Assembly: GCA_016181885.1 (NCBI GenBank)
Contig: JACOYJ010000023.1
Span: 1 to 49,318, forward strand
DNA length: 49,318 nt
Reading direction: 5' to 3'
Origin: Candidatus Pacearchaeota archaeon
GTDB taxonomy: Archaea > Nanobdellota > Nanobdellia > Pacearchaeales > GW2011-AR1
The position numbers were made by a program, and so were the translations under genes. Shown here in pieces: positions 36,877-44,673 of the stretch. The notes under the pieces are model-generated. The model did not search any database. It was not told where the DNA came from and was given only the letters and a program-made list of their open reading frames with translations. Positions within the stretch are counted from its first letter, which is position 1. Each line of letters opens with the position of its first letter.

Positions 36877-38559
36877 TTATTTTCCACCTTGTTTTTCATA
36901 AGCATTTTCTATATCTTCTAAAGATGCAATGTCTTCCGTGTTTCTGTCTGGTCTTAAAGCTGTAAATCTTGGAAACCTTAATGCAAAGCCGGAAGAGTAT
37001 TTAGGGGATTTTTGAATTTCCTGATACGTTATTGTAACAACAATTTTTGGCCTTACTTTTATATTTCTTCCATCTTCTGAGATTATCAAAGGCTTTAGGA
37101 GTTTTGTTATTTCATCATATGAAACGCCTTCTTCCCGCTTTTCTTTCACTCCTGTTGAAACCTTGCCGACTTCTAAAAATCCATTTCCGCTTCCGCACCC
37201 AAGATCAAAACTTGAAAGCCATCCGCTTCTTTTTCCTGTGCCATATTCTGCGCCAATGATAACTAAATCAAAATCTTTTTCACTCGGTTTTATTTTTAGC
37301 ATGTGGCCTACTCGCGAGCCAGGATTATAAGGCGAGTTTAGGTTTTTCATCATAACTCCTTCTTGATTGTTTTCCAGAGCCTGCTTGTAGAATTTTTCAG
37401 CTTTTTCTAAATTATCTGTTATTATTTGTTTTGCAGGAATAATTTTGTAAGGAGTTGATTTTATTATCTGTTTTAGAAGTTTTGTTCTTTTTTCAAATGG
37501 CTCATCAAGAAGGGATTTTCCATTGTAATATAAAATATCAAAAACATTTATTTCAATCGGCAATTCATTTTTCATTTTTTCAATTTCGTATTTTCTTTTT
37601 ATTCTCTGGCTGATTGCCTGAAATGGCATGTATTTTTTTGTTTCTTTATCAAATCCAACTGCTTCGCTGTCTAAAATAAAAGAGTTTCCTTTAACATATT
37701 TATTGACGTATTCAATTGCTTCTGGAAATTGGCGAGTGACGTTCTCTAGCCTTCTTGTATAAAGAGTTATTTTATCTTTGTCTTTGTTGATGACAAGTCT
37801 AAAACCATCATACTTATATTCTATTGCACACGGCTTTCCGACTTCTTCAAAACCTTCCGGGATGTCTGATGCTTTTTGAGCTAACATTACTTTTACTGGC
37901 TTGCCAACTTCTAAGGAAACTTTTTCTAAATTTTCTAATTTGCCTTTTTTTGATATTTCGAAAACATGTCCTAAATCATTGGATTTATCTAAGGCCTTTT
38001 GTATTGCAACATTTGATTCTTTTGTGTTAAAGAACGCTTTGGCAATCGCATCTCTTATTGTGCTTTGCTGAATTCCGATTCTTAAATCTTCTAACAGAGT
38101 TCTTACAATGTATTTTGATTCTGTAGGCTCTGCTGAAGTTAAAAGCTCTGTTATTAAACTTAGTTTTTTGTCAACTGTTCCTTTTCCCTCTAGTTCTGGG
38201 AGTTTTCTTAAATTGTCTAGGATTTTTTCTGTTGTCAAAACATGAGAGCTTAAGGTGTGTTGTTTTTTACTTTTAATTAAGGCTTTAGCGACTTCACCTA
38301 AATCTCCTATTTTTTTCCATTCTTGAACAACTTTTTCACTAGAAACCCCAGTTGATTTTGAAATTGCTTTAATAACTAATTGCTCGCTTATTCCGATTTT
38401 TTTATCTTCATGCTCTGGGTAAATATTCCCTAGAAGCAAGTAAATTACATTTTTATCATCAATAGTATGCAAAAATTTTGATAGGATTTCTGTTTTTTCA
38501 AGCCTCTTAGTAGTTGAAGCGAGTTCTTCATATATTTTTGCAAGGTTTGAGTAGCGCAT
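36877..38559 (-). CDS. lig: ATP-dependent DNA ligase
   Basis: Adenylation motif I AIEYKYDGFR, motif III FILDSEAV, motif V GVMMKN...KIKP, and a C-terminal OB domain. Confidence 0.95.
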   Translation of the reverse strand: MRYSNLAKIYEELASTTKRLEKTEILSKFLHTIDDKNVIYLLLGNIYPEHEDKKIGISEQLVIKAISKSTGVSSEKVVQEWKKIGDLGEVAKALIKSKKQHTLSSHVLTTEKILDNLRKLPELEGKGTVDKKLSLITELLTSAEPTESKYIVRTLLEDLRIGIQQSTIRDAIAKAFFNTKESNVAIQKALDKSNDLGHVFEISKKGKLENLEKVSLEVGKPVKVMLAQKASDIPEGFEEVGKPCAIEYKYDGFRLVINKDKDKITLYTRRLENVTRQFPEAIEYVNKYVKGNSFILDSEAVGFDKETKKYMPFQAISQRIKRKYEIEKMKNELPIEINVFDILYYNGKSLLDEPFEKRTKLLKQIIKSTPYKIIPAKQIITDNLEKAEKFYKQALENNQEGVMMKNLNSPYNPGSRVGHMLKIKPSEKDFDLVIIGAEYGTGKRSGWLSSFDLGCGSGNGFLEVGKVSTGVKEKREEGVSYDEITKLLKPLIISEDGRNIKVRPKIVVTITYQEIQKSPKYSSGFALRFPRFTALRPDRNTEDIASLEDIENAYEKQGGK

Positions 38560-38620
38560 TAATATGGTAATTTAAGAAACTATATGAATTTTTTGGTTAC
38601 TATAATTAAATTTATATAGT

Positions 38621-38633
38621 TCTCTCTCTCTCT
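38621..38633. repeat. (TC)n dinucleotide microsatellite
   Basis: TCTCTCTCTCTCT in the lig / 38729 divergent intergenic region. Confidence 0.8.
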
Positions 38634-38640
38634 AATTGTA

Positions 38641-38661
38641 ACTTTTTGCTTGGCAAAAAGT
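38641..38661. other. Perfect 9-bp hairpin
   Basis: ACTTTTTGC-TTG-GCAAAAAGT. Confidence 0.6.
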
Positions 38662-38685
38662 TTGACTGAAAGGAGGTGACGAGCG

Positions 38686-38697
38686 ATTTCGCGAAAT
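38686..38697. promoter_or_regulatory. 12-nt palindrome ATTTCGCGAAAT (copy 2 of 2)
   Basis: Lies 32 nt upstream of the 38729 ATG and is identical to 19306-19317. A related TCGCGA core occurs at 38713-38718. Confidence 0.25.
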
Positions 38698-38728
38698 AAT
38701 CCAAAAATGAGCGAGGTCGCGAGAATAA

Positions 38729-39448
38729 ATGGCGAAAAATAATAATGCGCTTTGGTGGGTTGTTTTTATTGTTCTAGCACTTGTTGTAGGTTATCTTGTT
38801 GGCTCAACTCTAACAGGAAATATCATTGGAAGTCGTTGGAATGTAAGGGGCGGGACACCAGCTGATGGAGGAGGTGGTGGGACGACTAGCTCTACAATTA
38901 AAGCAAATTCTTGTGATGCTGATGACAATTGTGAGGTTAATGCAATAAGTAGCCCCAATGACAGGAGTTTAATATTATCAACTGGGGCAACAGCAGGAAG
39001 TCAAAGAACTCTTCAGATAGACGGAGAGCAAATTATTTTATCTAAATTAGGAATTGCTCACGGGGTTGGCTTTCAAACAAATGATCTTGGTAGTTTAATA
39101 ATAACACCTGAATCTGGCGCGGCTAAAATTAATGCTGTATTATCTTTGGCTAGATTAGGAGCTGCTAATGCGGTTGAGTTAGAATCTAACGATTTAGGTA
39201 GTTTTGTTGTTACACCGGGCTCTGGATCAGCGAAAATAAATGCGGATTTGACTTTAGCAAGAGTTGGAAGTGCTGGAGGAGTGGTTTTAAAATCGAATGA
39301 ATTTGGAAGTTTAACTGTGACTCCTCAATCTGGAGCCGCTAAAATTGAAGGTTATTTAAGTATAACAAACCTAACTGGCTCAGGAAATGCTTATGTTTGT
39401 GTAAATAGTGCTGGGCTTATTTATAGAAGCTTGACTGCTTGCAGGTAA
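38729..39448 (+). CDS. Membrane-anchored surface protein with three 34-aa tandem repeats
   Basis: N-terminal TM segment (ALWWVVFIVLALVVGYLVG), a Gly-rich linker, then repeats from about 39080: NDLGSLIITPESGAAKINAVLSLARLGAANAVELES / NDLGSFVVTPGSGSAKINADLTLARVGSAGGVVLKS / NEFGSLTVTPQSGAAKIEGYLS. Confidence 0.5.
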   Translation: MAKNNNALWWVVFIVLALVVGYLVGSTLTGNIIGSRWNVRGGTPADGGGGGTTSSTIKANSCDADDNCEVNAISSPNDRSLILSTGATAGSQRTLQIDGEQIILSKLGIAHGVGFQTNDLGSLIITPESGAAKINAVLSLARLGAANAVELESNDLGSFVVTPGSGSAKINADLTLARVGSAGGVVLKSNEFGSLTVTPQSGAAKIEGYLSITNLTGSGNAYVCVNSAGLIYRSLTACR

Positions 39449-39630
39449 TCATTTTTTCTTATTCTTTTATTTTTTTAGAACTAGTTGTTACTTCTTTGCT
39501 TTTTTGCAGTTTTGCTGAAGTTTATTTTTGAAAAAATGTGGGGCGTGGCTAGGAAATAATAAAACCGAAAGGTATATAAATAAGTTATATCTTATAAATA
39601 AGATTAAACTTATTGGAGGTAAAACAAGAA

Positions 39631-39900
39631 ATGGAAGAAAAAATTGAAATGGCAACTGTGAGTTCAAGAGGACAAATTTGTATCCCAAATGACATAAGGG
39701 AAGAAATGGGATTAAAAGAAGGAAGCAAGGTTTTGTTTGCTTTGACTGGAGATTCTTTGATTATGAAGAAAGTTAGCATGCAGACCTTTGCAGAAATCAC
39801 TAAACCTTTGAAGGAAGCCATGAAAAAATCTGGCTTGAAAGAGTCTGATGTTGTTGGTATAATTCACAGATTTAGAGCTCAAAAAAGAGCTGGAAAATGA
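39631..39900 (+). CDS. AbrB/SpoVT-domain antitoxin
   Basis: SSRGQICIPNDIREEMGLKEGSKVLF. GGAGG lies 11 nt upstream of the ATG at 39631. The stop overlaps the PIN gene start (ATGA). Confidence 0.7.
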   Translation: MEEKIEMATVSSRGQICIPNDIREEMGLKEGSKVLFALTGDSLIMKKVSMQTFAEITKPLKEAMKKSGLKESDVVGIIHRFRAQKRAGK

Positions 39901-40316
39901 GAATCACAACAGATACGAATGTCCTTATTTCTTCTACGTTTTGGGAAGGTGCGTCTGATAAAATTATGCAAAAAGTTGAAAATAAAGAAGTTGAGCTTGT
40001 TCTATCTAAGGAGTTAATAAGTGAATTCACAAAAGTATTAGGTTATGATGAAATCAAAGATAAAATTAAAGACAAAAATCTTGAAGTTAGGAGAAGTGTA
40101 GAAAAGATAGTTTCCATTTCAACAATAGTGGAGTCGAGCCAGAAATTTGAAATTGTTAAAGATGACCCGGATGATAATATGGTTATTAATTGCGCTGCTG
40201 AAGGAGATGTTGATTATGTAGTTACTCAAGATAACCATTTGCTTAAAATAAAAGAGTTTAAAGGAATAAAAATTCTAAATCCAGAAGAATTTTTGGAAAT
40301 TTTTGAAAAAGTGTAA
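39897..40316 (+). CDS. PIN-domain toxin
   Basis: N-terminal TTDTNVLISS, DPDDNMVINCA, and YVVTQDNHLL, the typical PIN acidic positions. Confidence 0.7.
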   Translation: MRITTDTNVLISSTFWEGASDKIMQKVENKEVELVLSKELISEFTKVLGYDEIKDKIKDKNLEVRRSVEKIVSISTIVESSQKFEIVKDDPDDNMVINCAAEGDVDYVVTQDNHLLKIKEFKGIKILNPEEFLEIFEKV

Positions 40317-40317
40317 A

Positions 40318-40926
40318 TTATTTTTTAACAGCTTTTTTATAGTTGTTGTTTACCTTATCCCAGTTAATCACATTAAAAAAGTTTTTCACATACTCAGCTC
40401 TGTTGTTTTTGTAAAGGAGATAATAACTATGCTCCCAGACATCTATTCCAAGAATCGGGGTTTTCTCCTGACTTAAAGGAGATTCTTGGTTTTTTGTTTG
40501 CATTATTTCAAGATTTCCTTTTGAATCAACAACAAGCCAGGCCCAACCGCTTCCAAATAAAGTTAATGCTGAATTTGAAAATTGTTCTTTAAAATATTCA
40601 AAACTCGTAAACTTCTTTGTTATTGCCTTTTCAATTTCTCCAGAAATATTGATATCTTTTTTTAGAATTTCCCAGAAAAAGTTGTGATTTACAAAACCAC
40701 CGCCATGATTGATTACTGCTTGTCTTATTTTTTCAGGAACTTTGTTTATCTCTTTGAGCAAGTCTTCTGCTTTTTTCTTCTGCAAGTCAGGAAATTCTTT
40801 TAATGCGTCATTGAGCTTGTCAGTATATGTTTGGTGATGCTTGTCATGATGGATTTTCATCGTTAGTTCATCTATGAAAGGCTCTAAGGAATTGTATGCG
40901 TATTGGAGGGGCTTTAGTTCAAACAT
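40318..40926 (-). CDS. sod: Fe/Mn superoxide dismutase
   Basis: HHDKHHQTY, GGGFVNHNFFW, and the metal-ligand motif DVWEHSYYL. Confidence 0.95.
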   Translation of the reverse strand: MFELKPLQYAYNSLEPFIDELTMKIHHDKHHQTYTDKLNDALKEFPDLQKKKAEDLLKEINKVPEKIRQAVINHGGGFVNHNFFWEILKKDINISGEIEKAITKKFTSFEYFKEQFSNSALTLFGSGWAWLVVDSKGNLEIMQTKNQESPLSQEKTPILGIDVWEHSYYLLYKNNRAEYVKNFFNVINWDKVNNNYKKAVKK

Positions 40927-41009
40927 AAAATTAACTATTGTTTAGTATTTATATAGATTACGATTAATGATTTAGTGAGAAAAACTATCGAAATGTTAAT
41001 AAATGTTGA

Positions 41010-41426
41010 ATGTCCTTGATAATCATGGTTGGTTTAATGGATAGAGTTGGGTTGGTTAATGGCATGGGACATGGCGATGTTGTGCAAGAAAAACCAATAT
41101 CTGCCGCTTATCTTCAAATAACCCCAAGAAAAGGTTTGTTGAAAGATCGTTTTGCTGATGGAAAATTGGAAAAATTCTTTGATGATTTTAAAGGTTTGTT
41201 CGAATTTGACGAATTTGAGAAAGATATGAGAGTTTTTATTGAAAATGAAGAGTCTCTAATCGAACAAGGCCATTTTGGGAAATACGCTTTGTTTTACCAT
41301 GGAAAGTTATGGGGAATTTTACCTGTTTTTAAGCCTTTGATTGATTCATTTCATAAGAAAGAGGGGAATCACTCGTGTTATTGCGACAGAATCGGCGAAG
41401 GATTTGATCCAAATAAAGAATTTTAA
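41010..41426 (+). CDS. Hypothetical protein
   Basis: ORF only. Confidence 0.3.
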   Translation: MSLIIMVGLMDRVGLVNGMGHGDVVQEKPISAAYLQITPRKGLLKDRFADGKLEKFFDDFKGLFEFDEFEKDMRVFIENEESLIEQGHFGKYALFYHGKLWGILPVFKPLIDSFHKKEGNHSCYCDRIGEGFDPNKEF

Positions 41427-41644
41427 TAATAATGCCTTGAACTTGCTGGGGTTAGCTAAAAATTATTAGTTTTTTATATTTATGGGTTTTATTTAAGCTA
41501 TTTTATCTGTTCCAACCAGCCCACCATGCGAAAATGGGACTAATATAGAATTAAATTTTTTATATAGTTAGTTTAAATATCCGCCAAATTGTTTTTCAAT
41601 CATTAATATTTTCGCTGTGAAATAGATAATCAATTTATATTTTT

Positions 41645-42160
41645 TTAAGCCCTTAGCCCTCTTGATTTTATGGCCGCAGAAGTCAATCCTCTCAAAGCTC
41701 TTTTTTTATTTTTTCTATCGCATATCCAATTTATTGTCGGGTCGTTTTTTATCTCCGGCTTTGAAGGATCGACGCAGATTACCTCGAAGAAATAATGAAT
41801 TCCGTCTTTGCCAACTTGGTAGGAATTTAGGACTTCAAGATTTGGATATTTTTTTGCAACACGCGACTCTGCAATCCACTTGTAAGACATTGAAAGATTT
41901 TTTCTTGTATGCATTCTCTTGCTTCTGCGGGCTTTTTTCGGCCTTGTTCTTTTGTGGCCGCCCCTCATTAACCTTGCGCGTATAACTACAAATCCAACTT
42001 TTGCTTTGTAGCCCAATGCCCTTGCTTTATCCAGCCTTAATGGCTTTTCAACTCTAGTGAATGTTTCTGATTTTCTCCATTTAATCATTCTTTCTCTTAG
42101 AGTTTTTGTGTCTGGCTTTTTCCACGCTTGTTTTATATAGTGATAAGCTCCGTGTGTCAT
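41645..42160 (-). CDS. rpl15e: Ribosomal protein L15e
   Basis: GAYHYIKQAWKKP...RLDKARALGYKAKVGFVVIRARLMRGG...RP is a hallmark L15e sequence. Confidence 0.95.
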   Translation of the reverse strand: MTHGAYHYIKQAWKKPDTKTLRERMIKWRKSETFTRVEKPLRLDKARALGYKAKVGFVVIRARLMRGGHKRTRPKKARRSKRMHTRKNLSMSYKWIAESRVAKKYPNLEVLNSYQVGKDGIHYFFEVICVDPSKPEIKNDPTINWICDRKNKKRALRGLTSAAIKSRGLRA

Positions 42161-42291
42161 AGACTATTTATAGAAAAATGGTTTTTAAATATAACTAATA
42201 TGTGAGCTGTAAAGTAAACGTCATCTAATTACCAATGAACTGACCGAAATCTATTAAAGTATTAAGGTATTAGTTAAAGAGAGGTTTTAAA

Positions 42292-42511
42292 ATGACTGAT
42301 GTCCATACTAAAAAAAATAGCAGTTTTTGTGGATGGATGTTTTTGGCACAGATGTCCAAAGCACTATAAAGAACCAGAACAAAATAAGAAATTTTGGAAA
42401 AACAAAATAAATAAAAACACTGCAAGAGATAAATTAGTAACAAAAAAGTTAAAAAAAGAGGGATGGAGGGTTATCCGCGTCTGGGAACACTCTCTCCGAA
42501 GAATAAAATGA
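42292..42511 (+). pseudogene. vsr: Very-short-patch repair endonuclease (Vsr) remnant: C-terminal core only, with a frameshift at an A8 run
   Basis: The frame from 42299 encodes IAVFVDGCFWHRCPKH...FWKNKINKNTARDKLVTKKLKKEGWRVIRVWEHSL, the Vsr core. About half of a normal ~150-aa Vsr is missing. The ATG at 42292 in another frame encodes MTDVHTKK, and it would join the core frame if one A were lost from 42310-42317. Confidence 0.7.
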
Positions 42512-43347
42512 AAAAAGAGGTAAACGTTATAGATTTATTCTGCGGTGCTGGCGGTCTGAGCACCGGATTTAAACAGGCAGGGTTTAATGTTATTCTTGGG
42601 ATAGATAATGACGGCAGTGCGCTGAAAACCTTTAAACTAAATCATCCTGAGTCTGAAATTTTGGAGAAAGATATCTCTAAAAATGACCCAAGAAATTTTT
42701 TAATAAACCAGTTTTTACGAATTGTTTCTTTGGTTGAACCAGAAATTTTTGTTATAGAAAATGTTCATGGATTAAGATCTATGAAAGATGAAAATGGCAG
42801 ATTAGTCTTGGATCTAATAGGAAAAAGAATCAAAAAATTAAGATATTCGTTAAAAACATATATTTTAAACGCAGAAGAATATGGGGTTTCTCAAAAGAGA
42901 AAAAGGATTTTTTTAGTCGGAGGAAGAAAATCGGTTGACTTAAAAATAAAAAAAACAAATAAAACCCTCCTGAAAAATATTTTATTAGATAAAAATGATG
43001 TACCTGGTAAATATTTTTATTCACAGAAACTTATTAAAGGTTTTAAAAGACGAGAAAAAATAAATAAAAAATTAGGGAGGGGGTTTGGATGGAGATTTCT
43101 AAGTCCAGATGATACTTCGTATACAATATCAGCAAGGTATTACAAAGACGGAGCTGAAGCACTTGTTAAATATTCTGAAAATCAAATAAGAAGACTTACT
43201 CCTGAAGAATGTGCATTGATTCAGTCATTCCCTAAGGATTATAGATTCGAAGGGGGAATAATTAAGATGTACAAACAAATAGGTAATGCTGTGCCCCCTA
43301 AGCTGGGTTTTGCAGTTGCGAAAGCTATAAAAAACGCTGTATTTTAG
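42508..43347 (+). CDS. dcm: Dcm-family DNA (cytosine-5) methyltransferase homolog lacking catalytic motif IV (PCQ)
   Basis: Motif I DLFCGAGG, motif VI ENV, motif VIII QKRKRIFLVG, motif IX RRLTPEECALIQSFP and motif X GNAVPP are all present. Between KDISKN and DPRNFLINQF the roughly 28-aa segment that normally carries GGPPCQxFS is absent, in frame. The start overlaps the vsr stop (ATGA). Confidence 0.85.
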   Translation: MKKEVNVIDLFCGAGGLSTGFKQAGFNVILGIDNDGSALKTFKLNHPESEILEKDISKNDPRNFLINQFLRIVSLVEPEIFVIENVHGLRSMKDENGRLVLDLIGKRIKKLRYSLKTYILNAEEYGVSQKRKRIFLVGGRKSVDLKIKKTNKTLLKNILLDKNDVPGKYFYSQKLIKGFKRREKINKKLGRGFGWRFLSPDDTSYTISARYYKDGAEALVKYSENQIRRLTPEECALIQSFPKDYRFEGGIIKMYKQIGNAVPPKLGFAVAKAIKNAVF

Positions 43348-43355
43348 CTTTTTTA

Positions 43356-44672
43356 ATGAATGAAACCTACGAAGTAATCCCAAGTGCAAAAAGATTAATA
43401 AAATCTTTAAGAGATATAGGATATGATTTTTCAACAGCTGTTGCTGATCTTATTGACAATTCAATTGAAGCAGGAGCTTCTAAGGTAGACATTGATGTTG
43501 CATTTTATGGTAATGATTCGTATGTCCGTATTTCAGATAATGGAAACGGAATGAAAAGTGAAAATTTAAAGGAAGCAATGCGTTATGGTTCTGAAAGAGA
43601 CTATCTTGAAGAGGATCTTGGCCGCTTTGGATTAGGATTAAAAACTGCTTCAATGAGCCAATGTCAGTATTTTTCTGTTGCAAGCAGAAGTAAAGAAAAT
43701 AAACAAATTGCTGTTTTTAGTTGGGATTTGTCCCATATTGAACGGACAAATAAATGGGAAATATTGCAACCGAAAGAAAAAGATATACCTGAATTATTGA
43801 AGACTCCAATCTCAGAGCATTCTGGTACTGTTGTTCTGTGGGAGAAATTAGATAGGATTATAGGTTTTAAAAACTCGGAAGGAGAAGCGGCCCGCAACAA
43901 AGTTATTTCTATGTGCAGAGAACTTGAAAATTATTTGAGCATGGTTTTTCATAAATTTTTATCAAATGAGGTTCTCGGAAAATCTTTAGAAATATATCTC
44001 AATCGCAATAAAATTCAACCATGGGATCCTTTTGGACGTCATGAATCCAAAACAAATATACTATCTCCTATAAAAATTAAAATAATCCATAACGGTGCTG
44101 AAAATAAAATATTCCTACAGCCTTATATTCTACCAACAAAAGAAGAATTCTCATCACAAGATTCTTTTCAGAAATTATCCGGCATATCAGGATGGAATCC
44201 CCAGCAGGGATTTTATATTTATCGTGCAAACAGAATGATACAAAGCGGGGGATGGTGTGGTTTAAGAGTAATAGATGAACATACCAAACTCGCCAGAATA
44301 GAATTAAATTTTTCTCCGGCACTCGATGATTTATTTAAAATAAATGTTGCCAAAATGAAAGTTCAATTACCTGTTCAGGCCAGAGAGGAGATTGAACGGG
44401 TGGTTAAACCAATAGTTTCACTGGCCCGTGAACGTTACGATCATGAAAAGAAAAATTTGTTTAAACCATCTGCTCCCAAAGTAACTGAGATTCAACAAAC
44501 TTCTCCAATTAATAAAAACATTTTAATTAAAAATAGCTCTCAAGATATTAAATTTGATCTATTCACATTGAATGAAGTTGAACAAAAGGTAAAAGAATTT
44601 GCAACGAAATACGAAAGTAAAACAATTTCAGATGTTTTTTCACGCTTAAGAAGGAGATTATTTGGGAGATAA
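43356..44672 (+). CDS. MORC-like GHKL (Bergerat-fold) ATPase
   Basis: N box DLIDNSIEAGA, G1 box DNGNGM, G2 box GRFGLGLKTAS. 438 aa. Starts 8 nt after the methyltransferase stop. Confidence 0.8.
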   Translation: MNETYEVIPSAKRLIKSLRDIGYDFSTAVADLIDNSIEAGASKVDIDVAFYGNDSYVRISDNGNGMKSENLKEAMRYGSERDYLEEDLGRFGLGLKTASMSQCQYFSVASRSKENKQIAVFSWDLSHIERTNKWEILQPKEKDIPELLKTPISEHSGTVVLWEKLDRIIGFKNSEGEAARNKVISMCRELENYLSMVFHKFLSNEVLGKSLEIYLNRNKIQPWDPFGRHESKTNILSPIKIKIIHNGAENKIFLQPYILPTKEEFSSQDSFQKLSGISGWNPQQGFYIYRANRMIQSGGWCGLRVIDEHTKLARIELNFSPALDDLFKINVAKMKVQLPVQAREEIERVVKPIVSLARERYDHEKKNLFKPSAPKVTEIQQTSPINKNILIKNSSQDIKFDLFTLNEVEQKVKEFATKYESKTISDVFSRLRRRLFGR

Positions 44673-44673
44673 A

